A stretch of DNA of 64,000 nt from Candidatus Niyogibacteria bacterium RIFCSPLOWO2_01_FULL_45_48 (GTDB lineage Bacteria; Patescibacteriota; Minisyncoccia; HO2-45-28). The position numbers and the translations under genes were made by a program. The number at the start of each line of letters is the position of its first letter. Position 1 is the stretch's first letter. The notes beneath the pieces were generated by a model, which saw only the letters and a list, made by a program, of their open reading frames with translations, was not told the DNA's origin and did no database searches. Positions 28,516-36,979 of this stretch are shown here, piece after piece. Where the stretch lies: positions 20,150 to 84,149 of the forward strand of contig MHMQ01000032.1 in NCBI GenBank assembly GCA_001819395.1, in the 5' to 3' direction.

Positions 28516-29778
28516 ATGGAGAATTTAACAAAAACCCAGCTGATATTGCTCGTTTTGTTGGTGAGTTTTATGACCTCGCTTGTGACCGGCATTGTCAGCG
28601 TCGCTCTTGTTAACCAGGCGCCTGCTCCGGTCACGCAGACAATCAACCGGGTTATTGAGAAGGTAACAACGGGCAAAATTGAAGAGCCTGGTGGCGGAGG
28701 CGCGTTGATTATTACCTCCGAAGATCTTATAACCAAACTGGTGGCCGACACCCTGCCTGCGGTTGTGAGCGTCATCGCCTCCAAGGACGTTCCGGTAATC
28801 GAGCAATATTTCATAAACCCTTTTGAAAATGACGATCTTTTTCGCCAATTTTTGGGCGATTCTTTGCCGCAGATTTTGATACCGCAGTATCGCCAAAAAG
28901 GAACCGAAAAAAAACAGGTTTCGGCCGGCACGGGATTTTTTGTTTCCGAAGACGGCTATTTGATAACCAATCGGCATGTTGTTGAAGACAATACCGCCGA
29001 ATACACGGTTTTGATGAACGATGGCCGAAAAATGAAGGCTGAGGTTTTGGCGCGAGACCAAGCGCAGGATATTGCTGTTTTAAAAGTTGAGGGTAGCGGG
29101 TTTAATTTTATTCCGCTTGGCGACTCGGAAAAATTAAGAGCGGGGCAGACGGTCGTGGCCATAGGCAACGCCTTGGGCGAGTTTCAAAATACCGTTTCGG
29201 TCGGAGTTATAGCCGGGCTTTCAAGGACAATCGTCGCTTCAGGGGCGGCTTCGGGTCCAGAAATTTTACAGGAAGTCATTCAGACCGATGCGGCGATAAA
29301 TCCGGGAAATTCCGGAGGGCCGCTTCTGGATTTGGCCGGACGGGCCATAGGCATTAATACCGCGGTCGCCGCGGACGCCCAAAGCATAGGATTTGCTTTG
29401 CCGATAAATTTCATAAAAAAAGCGGTGTCGGATGTGCGCGAGTTCGGTAAAATAAGTTATGCTTACCTCGGCGTTCGCTACGTTACGATTACGCCCCAGG
29501 TTAAAGAAGACAGAAAGCTGCCGGTTGATTATGGCGCGCTGTTGGCGGCCGCGGAAGGTCAGGCGGCGGTGATAAACGGCTCTCCCGCCCAAAAAGCGGG
29601 GCTTCGCGAAGGAGATGTGGTGCTTGAGTTTGGCGGAACAAAAGCAGATAAAGAAAACAGTCTGGCTAAGTTAATAAGCCAGAAAAAAGTCGGCGAGAAG
29701 GTTTCGCTGAAGGTTTTGCGCGACGGCAAAGAAATAATTATTGAAGTCGAACTTGCCGAAAGACCAACAAACTTATAA
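28516..29778 (+). CDS. htrA: HtrA/DegP-like serine protease
   Basis: TNRHV, DIAVLK, INPGNSGGPL, PDZ domain. Confidence 0.93.
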   Translation: MENLTKTQLILLVLLVSFMTSLVTGIVSVALVNQAPAPVTQTINRVIEKVTTGKIEEPGGGGALIITSEDLITKLVADTLPAVVSVIASKDVPVIEQYFINPFENDDLFRQFLGDSLPQILIPQYRQKGTEKKQVSAGTGFFVSEDGYLITNRHVVEDNTAEYTVLMNDGRKMKAEVLARDQAQDIAVLKVEGSGFNFIPLGDSEKLRAGQTVVAIGNALGEFQNTVSVGVIAGLSRTIVASGAASGPEILQEVIQTDAAINPGNSGGPLLDLAGRAIGINTAVAADAQSIGFALPINFIKKAVSDVREFGKISYAYLGVRYVTITPQVKEDRKLPVDYGALLAAAEGQAAVINGSPAQKAGLREGDVVLEFGGTKADKENSLAKLISQKKVGEKVSLKVLRDGKEIIIEVELAERPTNL

Positions 29779-29801
29779 TCTTAAACCCCAGATTTTAAAT
29801 T

Positions 29802-32480
29802 ATGCCTCCATTTGGAAATTTCACCATTAAGGCGCAGGAAGCGATTCGCCGAGCTCACGAGCTGGCTATTGAGCGCGGTCAGAATCAGGTAGACGCCATG
29901 CATTTGCTCGCGGCCTTGATGCTTCAGGAAGAGGGCATAGTTATTTCTATTTTTGACAAAATGGATATTGACCCGGCCGACATTATGGATACGGTAATGG
30001 ACACTCTGGATTCAAAAACCAAGTCAAACGTTTTGATGCCGTCAAGCCAGATGTTTTTGAGCCAGGAATTCGGCCGTATTCTTGATACCGCTTACCGCAT
30101 AGCCCAGTCGATGAAAGACGAATTTATTTCAACCGAACATTTGTTTATGGCTCTCTTTGATGTTCCGTCCAAGGCCCAGAATGTTTTAGCTTCAAACCAC
30201 ATACAGCGCGAGACGGTAAAACATGCTCTTGACGATTTGCGGGGGTCGGGCCGCGTGACCGACCTTGAGCCCGAAACCAAAATGAAGGTTCTTGAGCGAT
30301 ACGGACGCAACTTGACCAAGCTTGCGCGCGAAGACAAGCTTGATCCGGTTATAGGCCGTGACAACGAAATACGCAGGATAATGCAGATACTTTCGCGCCG
30401 GACCAAAAACAATCCTGTCTTGATAGGAGAAGCGGGGGTGGGCAAAACCGCGGTTGTCGAGGGACTGGCGCGCAAGATTGTTTCCGGCGATATTCCGGAC
30501 GCTCTTAAAGACAAAGAGCTTATTGCTCTTGATCTGGCTTCGTTGGTCGCGGGAACGAAATACAGAGGCGAATTTGAGGAGAGGCTTAAAGCGGTTATGC
30601 GCGAAATAGAAAAAGCAGAGGGCAAAATAATACTTTTTATAGACGAATTACACACTATTGTGGGCGCGGGCGCGGCCGAGGGAGCGATTGACGCTTCAAA
30701 CATGCTTAAACCGGCTTTGGCCAGAGGAGAACTGCATGCCATAGGCGCCACAACCCTTAAAGAGTATCAGCGCCACATTGAAAAAGATTCGGCGTTAACC
30801 CGGCGTTTTCAGCCGGTTTACGTTGAGGAGCCTTCCCAAAAAGATGCGGTGAGTATTCTTCGCGGAATCAAGGAGCGCTACGAAATACACCACGGAGTGC
30901 AGATAACCGACGCCGCGCTTCAGTCCGCGGTTCAACTGTCCAGCCGTTACATAACCGACAGGTTTTTGCCGGATAAAGCGGTTGATTTGGTAGACGAAGC
31001 AGCCTCTGCTTTGCGTCTGGATCTCGACAGCATGCCGGGAGAACTTGAGAAAGCCAGAAACGACGCAACGAGAATGGAAATAGAGAAAGAGGCTCTGAAA
31101 AAAGAGGAGGGAGTTTCGCCAAAAAACAAAATAAAAAAATTACAGCGTGAAATAGACAGCTTGCGTGAAAAAACATCGGGGACGGAGATGAAATGGAAAA
31201 ACGAAAAGGAAACCATCGCCAATATAAGGCAATTCAAAAAAGATTTGGACGCTCTTCGCCAGGAAGCCGAAGCGGCGGAACGAGCGGCCGATTTGTCGAA
31301 AGTTGCCGAAATAAGATATGGCCGGGTTCCGGAGCTTGAGCGCCGGCTTTTGGCGGAAGAGACGCGCTTGCGCAAGCTTCAGTCTTCGCGCAGCATTTTA
31401 AAGCAGAAAGTCGGACCGGAAGATGTGGCCGAGGTTGTCGCCCGCTGGACCGGAATTCCGGTGACTAATTTATTGGAAACAGAGGCAAAAAAGCTTTTAC
31501 GCATGGAGGAAGAACTCGGGCAGAAGGTTGTCGGACAAGAAGAGGCGATTTCCAAAATCGCAAATGCGGTAAGACGCTCGAGGGCCGGAATAGGAGATCC
31601 GTCGCGTCCGATAGGATCGTTTATGTTTCTGGGTCCCACAGGGGTTGGAAAAACGGAACTTGCGCGCAGGCTTGCCGAATTTATGTTTGATGACGAAAAA
31701 GCCATGATCCGCGTTGATATGTCCGAATACATGGAAAAACACGCGGTATCGAAACTTATCGGCTCTCCTCCGGGCTATGTCGGCTACGAAGAAGGGGGAC
31801 AGCTTGCCGAATTGATACGCCACCGGCCTTACGCGGTCGTGCTTTTTGACGAGATAGAAAAGGCCCATCCGGAGGTATTTCACATAATGCTTCAGATTCT
31901 TGATAATGGACGTTTGACCGACGCCAAGGGCCGGCATATTAATTTTAAAAACACGATTGTTATTATGACTTCGAACGTCGGCTCGGAATTCGCGCGCGAG
32001 CTTGGCCGGCTTGGTTTTGAAACATCGGAAGACAGAGACGGAGACGGAAACCGCGAAAAAGGCCTGAAAGACAAAATTATGATGTCGCTTGAGCAAAGAT
32101 TCAGGCCGGAATTTTTAAACCGGCTCGATGAAATAATTATTTTCAACCCATTGGGCCGCGAAGAAATCGCGAAGATCGTTGATATCCAGCTGCGGGAAGT
32201 GCGTGAACGGTTGGCCGACAAAGGGGTGGGTTTTGAGTTAAGCAAAGAAGCAAAAAATTATTTGGCCAGCACGGGCTATGACCCGAATTTTGGCGCGCGT
32301 CCGTTGAGGCGGCTGATCCAGTCCAAAATACTGAATGCCGTTGCCGAGCGCATGATAGCCGGTTCGGTTAAGGCCGGCGACAGATTGGTTATCGATGAAA
32401 AAGGGGGGAACTTGGCAATAGAATCAAAATCGGAAGTCCGTAAAAAGACTTCAAAAAAGGCCAAAAGCGCGGTAAGATAA
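29802..32480 (+). CDS. clpB: Chaperone ClpB
   Basis: Two AAA domains (GVGKT twice), long coiled-coil M domain. Confidence 0.93.
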   Translation: MPPFGNFTIKAQEAIRRAHELAIERGQNQVDAMHLLAALMLQEEGIVISIFDKMDIDPADIMDTVMDTLDSKTKSNVLMPSSQMFLSQEFGRILDTAYRIAQSMKDEFISTEHLFMALFDVPSKAQNVLASNHIQRETVKHALDDLRGSGRVTDLEPETKMKVLERYGRNLTKLAREDKLDPVIGRDNEIRRIMQILSRRTKNNPVLIGEAGVGKTAVVEGLARKIVSGDIPDALKDKELIALDLASLVAGTKYRGEFEERLKAVMREIEKAEGKIILFIDELHTIVGAGAAEGAIDASNMLKPALARGELHAIGATTLKEYQRHIEKDSALTRRFQPVYVEEPSQKDAVSILRGIKERYEIHHGVQITDAALQSAVQLSSRYITDRFLPDKAVDLVDEAASALRLDLDSMPGELEKARNDATRMEIEKEALKKEEGVSPKNKIKKLQREIDSLREKTSGTEMKWKNEKETIANIRQFKKDLDALRQEAEAAERAADLSKVAEIRYGRVPELERRLLAEETRLRKLQSSRSILKQKVGPEDVAEVVARWTGIPVTNLLETEAKKLLRMEEELGQKVVGQEEAISKIANAVRRSRAGIGDPSRPIGSFMFLGPTGVGKTELARRLAEFMFDDEKAMIRVDMSEYMEKHAVSKLIGSPPGYVGYEEGGQLAELIRHRPYAVVLFDEIEKAHPEVFHIMLQILDNGRLTDAKGRHINFKNTIVIMTSNVGSEFARELGRLGFETSEDRDGDGNREKGLKDKIMMSLEQRFRPEFLNRLDEIIIFNPLGREEIAKIVDIQLREVRERLADKGVGFELSKEAKNYLASTGYDPNFGARPLRRLIQSKILNAVAERMIAGSVKAGDRLVIDEKGGNLAIESKSEVRKKTSKKAKSAVR

Positions 32481-32488
32481 GTTTCGAT

Positions 32489-32572
32489 GCATGGGTGGCG
32501 GAGTGGTCAATCGCACTTGGCTGTAAACCAAGCGCCCTATGGGCTTCGGGGGTTCGAATCCCTCCCCATGCA
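32489..32572 (+). tRNA. tRNA-Tyr(GTA)
   Basis: GCATGGG/CCCATGC acceptor, CTTGG-CTGTAAA-CCAAG, long variable arm. Confidence 0.95.
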
Positions 32573-32588
32573 CAAATAATTTTAATTT

Positions 32589-32972
32589 ATGAAATTTTAT
32601 ATTGCGGCCCGTTTTGATAAACGAGATGAAGTCAAAGAACTTCATAAAGTTCTTATTGAAACTGGTCACGAAATAGTAGGCGATTGGACGGGACACCAAC
32701 CGATAAAGCCGTATGATAAAAATCAGGACATGGCCAAAGAGTATTCCGTGGATGATATAAACAGCGCAAAAGACGCGGATGTTTTTATAATTTTAAGCGA
32801 TGAGGCCGGCACCGGAATGTATGTTGAGCTTGGCGCGGCAATCGCGTCTAATCTTTTGATCGGCAAGCCAAAAATTTACGCGGTAGGCGAGCACAACTCG
32901 CGTTCAATGTTTTATTTCCATCCCTCGGTGGAGAGATTCTCGAGCGTCGAAGACGTTTTGAGTGTTATTTAA
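32589..32972 (+). CDS. Nucleoside 2-deoxyribosyltransferase-like protein
   Basis: FYIAA...D...ADVFI...GMYVELGAA. Confidence 0.7.
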   Translation: MKFYIAARFDKRDEVKELHKVLIETGHEIVGDWTGHQPIKPYDKNQDMAKEYSVDDINSAKDADVFIILSDEAGTGMYVELGAAIASNLLIGKPKIYAVGEHNSRSMFYFHPSVERFSSVEDVLSVI

Positions 32973-33027
32973 ATTGACAGAGTAAAAATCCGCTCCGTCT
33001 GCCAGCTGGCGAACGGAACGGATTTGC

Positions 33028-33438
33028 CTACCTTTTTATTTCTCCTAAGAAATATTTTAAAACGATCATCCACAACGCTCCTACAAAAAAATCAAATCCA
33101 ACCGCGCTGAATATACTAATGGCCGGAGACATTCCCAGAATATAAACCGCGATAAACGTCAGGCCCAAAGAAAAAGCTATTCCGTCGGTAGTCGTTGTTC
33201 TGGCCACATAGCCGAGATCCAGAGCTTGGTCGGAAGTTTTTTTATACAGAGACACGACATAAAAAGCTCCGGACAGATACCCCGCTAATTTCAGGTCCGC
33301 GATCTTTGGTTGCATAAAGAAAGACAGCGCGTAGGGTAAAATACCTCCGAATATCATGATAAAAAGAATACGAAACGAATAAGGCACGCGCAAACTAAGA
33401 AAATTTTTTCCCCCTTCTTTTTCGTTTTCTTCGGACAT
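33028..33438 (-). CDS. Hypothetical 4-TM membrane protein
   Basis: 136 aa; GGAG SD. Confidence 0.65.
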   Translation of the reverse strand: MSEENEKEGGKNFLSLRVPYSFRILFIMIFGGILPYALSFFMQPKIADLKLAGYLSGAFYVVSLYKKTSDQALDLGYVARTTTTDGIAFSLGLTFIAVYILGMSPAISIFSAVGFDFFVGALWMIVLKYFLGEIKR

Positions 33439-33559
33439 TTGGCAAGTCTCCAGTTTGGGAAGATCGGGTTCAACGAACTTTAAAATATGTTAGCATTGTT
33501 TTTTGACTTTGTAAAGACAGCTGGCGGGAGCCTAAGAAGTTTGCTATAAATAAAAATGC

Positions 33560-33632
33560 GCCAACGTAGCTCAGTTGGTAGAGCAACTCCATGGTAAGGA
33601 GTAGGTCGCCGGTTCAAATCCGGCCGTTGGCT
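33560..33632 (+). tRNA. tRNA-Thr(GGT)
   Basis: GCCAACG/CGTTGGC acceptor, ACTCC-ATGGTAA-GGAGT. Confidence 0.95.
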
Positions 33633-33672
33633 CAAGGTTGATTTTTTTAGAAATTGCGTTAAGATAATCAGT

Positions 33673-33837
33673 ATGCCGCAACCGAATCTATTTAAATTCA
33701 AATGTTCCGTTTGCAAACGCGGAAACTATTACAGCACCAAAAACAAGAAAAAAGTTGAGCGAAAAATAGAGCTCAAAAAGTTTTGTAAGTGGTGCAAAAA
33801 ACATACCTTGCATAAAGAGGCAAAAATCACTGCTTGA
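33673..33837 (+). CDS. rpmG: 50S ribosomal protein L33 (54 aa, not in ORF track)
   Basis: MPQPNLFKFKCSVCKRGNYYSTKNKKKVERKIELKKFCKWCKKHTLHKEAKITA. Confidence 0.93.
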   Translation: MPQPNLFKFKCSVCKRGNYYSTKNKKKVERKIELKKFCKWCKKHTLHKEAKITA

Positions 33838-34015
33838 TTTTTGATATTATTATATAGTATTTTTTGCGCCATTTGCGCGAAAGGGGGTCGGGGAAAAGCG
33901 GAAGGGTTTCCCCGCGGAGGAAAACAGACCCGACGCGCGAAGCGGTCGGGGCGCTAGAAACCGAGGGTTTCTAGGGAGCACGAGCGAATCCCTTGAGGTG
34001 AGCGAGCTGCGACGA

Positions 34016-34066
34016 AAATGGTGCAGAAAGCACACGGTTCATAAAGAAGTCAAAATAACGGCTTAG
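34016..34066 (+). pseudogene. Displaced alternative rpmG 3' end (KWCRKHTVHKEVKITA*)
   Basis: 13/16 aa identical to the rpmG C-terminus; repeated at 34352-34402. Confidence 0.85.
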
Positions 34067-34074
34067 ATTTTTTT

Positions 34075-34145
34075 GGGGGTATGGTTCAATGGTAGAACAT
34101 TGGTCTCCAAAACCAAAGATCAGGGTTCGATTCCTTGTACCCCCG
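34075..34145 (+). tRNA. tRNA-Trp(CCA), copy 1
   Basis: GGGGGTA/TACCCCC acceptor, TTGGT-CTCCAAA-ACCAA. Confidence 0.93.
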
Positions 34146-34410
34146 CATTGAAAATTTTGGCATCTTTTGATGCCTAGAATTTCAAATTTGATAGGTACAA
34201 GGAATCGAACCCACGAAAGGGGGTCGGGGAAAAGCGGAAGGGTTTCCCCGCGGAGGAAAACAGCCCCGACGCGCGAAGCGGTCGGGGCGCTAGAAACCGA
34301 GGGTTTCTAGGGAGCACGAGCGAATCCCTTGAGGTGAGCGAGCTGCGACGAAAATGGTGCAGAAAGCACACGGTTCATAAAGAAGTCAAAATAACGGCTT
34401 AGATTTTTTT

Positions 34411-34481
34411 GGGGGTATGGTTCAATGGTAGAACATTGGTCTCCAAAACCAAAGATCAGGGTTCGATTCCTTGTACCCCCG
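34411..34481 (+). tRNA. tRNA-Trp(CCA), copy 2 (identical)
   Basis: Part of the 336-bp tandem repeat. Confidence 0.85.
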
Positions 34482-34685
34482 CATTGAAAATTTTGGCATC
34501 TTTTGATGCCTAGAATTTCAAATTTGATAGGTACAAGGAATCGAACCCACGAAAGGGGGTCGGGGAAAAGCGGAAGGGTTTCCCCGCGGAGGAAAACAGC
34601 CCCGACGCGCGAAGCGGTCGGGGCGCTAGAAACCGAGGGTTTCTAGGGAGCACGAGCGAATCCCTTGAGGTGAGCGAGCTGCGAC

Positions 34686-34741
34686 GGGTTCGATTCCCTC
34701 AGCTCCCGCAAATTTAGACGGGCGATTTCTTATACCCCCGC
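34686..34741 (+). pseudogene. Two tRNA 3'-end fragments
   Basis: GGGTTCGATTCCCTCAGCTCCCGCA (34686-34710) and CGATTTCTTATACCCCCGC (34723-34741, 17/19 to the tRNA-Trp 3' end). Confidence 0.65.
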
Positions 34742-34805
34742 TTTACACCAACTGTCTAATCCTTTAGTGTTTTAACAGATAGTTTTTTGATTTGAGGAGA
34801 CGAGC

Positions 34806-35468
34806 GTGAACGAAATCACGAAATTCGGGGCGCGTTATTACGGTCCGGGCTATACTTGGAGCGCCTACAGGGAATTGCAAAACGAATATAACAATTTTGC
34901 GCTTAAAGAAACCGGTAAGCCGTGGTGGGAAGAATTCGCAAAGCGTTTGCGTAGAGGCCACAAAGTCTTGGACTTGGGATGCGGCAGCGGTGTTCCGGCG
35001 CGCTTTCTTTCCGGTCACGGCCTTAGAGTGGTAGGCGTGGATGTTTCTGGAGACATGGTCACGCTTGCGCGGAAACAGGATCCGCAAGGAGTTTTCTTTC
35101 GCGCCGAGATGGATGAAATAAGATGGCCCATGTATAGTTTTGGCGGCGTCTGTTCGTTTTTCTCTTTTTTGCATTTGCCGAAGCGAAGGGTCAAAAAACT
35201 GATAAGAGATATTCATGAGTGGCTGCTCCCCGGAGGAGTTTTTGCGGTAACCATTGTTGAAGGCGAGGGCGAAGGATTATGCGAAAACTTTATGGGCAGG
35301 GGTATCCCTATTTATCTTTCTTACTATAAACAACCGGAGTTTTGTGACATGTTGAGGGTGGCGGGCTTTACTGTTAAGGACACGAAGCGCTTGGAGGTAA
35401 AAACAGATAATTTTGATGAAACGGAGCTGTTCTTTTTAGCTAGTAAAACTGGCACGTTGGGCGAGTGA
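34806..35468 (+). CDS. Class I SAM-dependent methyltransferase
   Basis: VLDLGCGSG, GVDVS, LLPGG; GAGGAG SD. Confidence 0.88.
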   Translation: MNEITKFGARYYGPGYTWSAYRELQNEYNNFALKETGKPWWEEFAKRLRRGHKVLDLGCGSGVPARFLSGHGLRVVGVDVSGDMVTLARKQDPQGVFFRAEMDEIRWPMYSFGGVCSFFSFLHLPKRRVKKLIRDIHEWLLPGGVFAVTIVEGEGEGLCENFMGRGIPIYLSYYKQPEFCDMLRVAGFTVKDTKRLEVKTDNFDETELFFLASKTGTLGE

Positions 35469-35484
35469 GAAAAAAGAGAAAGGT

Positions 35485-35691
35485 GTGAGTAACTTTGAGG
35501 ACATGATCAATCATCCGTCTCTGCAGCGCGAATTTAGCAGGTTTAGGTCTTTGGGTGGTCAAATAAGAATAGATAACAACAAGATTGTTTTATATTCAAT
35601 GATTATTCCTGAAGATATCACGGAATTATTCGCGCAACGCATTCGCCGTCTTGATGTGGAAAACCTTCTTGAGGTTGTTGTGGAAATTTAG
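35485..35691 (+). CDS. Small hypothetical protein
   Basis: 68 aa, purine-rich upstream, follows the methyltransferase. Confidence 0.55.
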   Translation: MSNFEDMINHPSLQREFSRFRSLGGQIRIDNNKIVLYSMIIPEDITELFAQRIRRLDVENLLEVVVEI

Positions 35692-35804
35692 GCGCGAAAC
35701 TCGCCCCCTTTTTGTTTGGCCGCACATGCTTTTCAAATATATTGTTTTATGCAAGTATTCTTTTGGCGAGAGGTGCGCCTCTCAATGCCAGAAAGGAGGA
35801 GGGT

Positions 35805-36437
35805 ATGCCCTTCACCGAAGGACTGGAAGCGTTGATTGGAAAAAAAGGCCGTATTACCGATACAGAGTGGTTGGTCTTGATTGAGGCCAGGCGCAAACTC
35901 ATTAAACCGCACCTTGATTCATTTACTCTTCCGATACTTGGGTCATTAAAATGTTTGCGAAACGAACTTAGTTTTAAACACGAGATTGATTGTGATATTT
36001 CCGTATCCGGTGGGGATCAGCGTTTTTCGCTAAAAACTCAAGGGTTTTTCTGGGCCCAACCTTGGTCTGCTGTGGAAAGGATTTCTAATAGCGGATCTTG
36101 TAATTGGCCCGGCTACGTAGCTTGTCCTGACGGAACTATGCATATCTGGGGCCTTACGCGTTCTGGTTTGTGGGTTCTCGTGACCATTGAATTTGTCGGC
36201 GAATCCGGATATAAAGAGCGTGGCTATGAGCGGGCAAAATCTGTAAAAATTTTTGAAGCCGATTTACGCGCGATCATAGAAAAAACGAAAGAAAATCCAA
36301 GACACATGTGGAGTCATCTCGGCGCGGTTATTAAAAGTTTCGCAGAGCGCCGTAAGTGTCTGTATAACCAAGCTCTTGATCTTGCCCGAATGGTCGAAAT
36401 TGAGGAACTGGCTCTTTCAATTGTTTTGGGGAAGTAA
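35805..36437 (+). CDS. Hypothetical protein
   Basis: ATG 35805 after AGGAGGAGG; 210 aa. Confidence 0.7.
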   Translation: MPFTEGLEALIGKKGRITDTEWLVLIEARRKLIKPHLDSFTLPILGSLKCLRNELSFKHEIDCDISVSGGDQRFSLKTQGFFWAQPWSAVERISNSGSCNWPGYVACPDGTMHIWGLTRSGLWVLVTIEFVGESGYKERGYERAKSVKIFEADLRAIIEKTKENPRHMWSHLGAVIKSFAERRKCLYNQALDLARMVEIEELALSIVLGK

Positions 36438-36503
36438 AAAGGTCAATATAAGGCGCAAAACTCGCGCCTTTTTTATTTACTTGGGATTTGATATTTTAAA
36501 TTT

Positions 36504-36860
36504 ATGGAGAACAAAAAACATTTTTACACTTGGAAAAATTTTGAATCGGATGTTAAGAAATTAACATCGGCATTAAAGCACAAAAAATTTGACGGCATCT
36601 GGGGGCCGGCGAGGGGAGGGTTGCCTATCGCGGTCTGCCTTTCGCACGCCCTTGATCTGCCGTTTTTAGAAAAATCAAAAAGCGAAAAAACCTTGATTGT
36701 TGACGACATAGCGGACACCGGAAAAACTCTTGAACCGTTTTTTAAAAAAGGCCATACGATTGCCACAATTTTTTACCATCACCAAAGCAGATTTGAACCT
36801 CACATCTGGCTTCGCGAGAAAAAAGACGAATGGATAGTTTTCCCGTGGGAAAAAACATGA
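36504..36860 (+). CDS. Type I phosphoribosyltransferase (purine salvage, Gpt-like)
   Basis: ARGG, LIVDDIADTGKT, WIVFPWE. Confidence 0.88.
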   Translation: MENKKHFYTWKNFESDVKKLTSALKHKKFDGIWGPARGGLPIAVCLSHALDLPFLEKSKSEKTLIVDDIADTGKTLEPFFKKGHTIATIFYHHQSRFEPHIWLREKKDEWIVFPWEKT

Positions 36861-36979
36861 ATTAACAACTGGTAAGTTATGCACACTTATATTTGCTGGT
36901 TTTTTTTTAAGGTTTATAATTGTCAGAGGATGTGCAAAACCCCGCGAAGCGGGGTTTTATCGTGTCCGGCTAAAAATTT

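Larger units (their letters stand above)
33878..34686 (+). repeat. Tandem repeat, 336-bp unit, about 2.4 copies (137-bp structured element + L33 3' relic + tRNA-Trp + hairpin + antisense T-arm)
   Basis: Element starts at 33878, 34214, 34550; one substitution seen in copy 1 (CAGACCC vs CAGCCCC). Confidence 0.92.

Noticed and set aside
27699-28931. 410-aa minus-strand ORF overlapping htrA
   Set aside because: The first 169 codons lie antisense to htrA and the intergenic gap; the real start is likely ATG 28424 with a GGAGG SD.
33586-33602. A at position 32 of tRNA-Thr(GGT)
   Set aside because: ATGGTAA loops occur in other bacterial Thr(GGT) tRNAs, so this is not unusual.
33850-34371. Duplicated 61-65 aa minus-strand ORFs
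   Set aside because: They are antisense readings of the structured repeat, with no coding signals.
33878-34686. CRISPR array
   Set aside because: The repeat unit is 336 bp with identical intervening sequence and no unique spacers; no cas1 is present. The Cas2-like gene at 55171 has no array nearby.
34194-34710. tRNA intron or split tRNA
   Set aside because: Both tRNA-Trp genes are complete and uninterrupted; the flanking pieces are an antisense T-arm and 3' fragments with no matching 5' half.
36877-36885. Replication origin (TTATGCACA DnaA-box-like)
   Set aside because: Single imperfect box, with no cluster and no dnaA/dnaN nearby.
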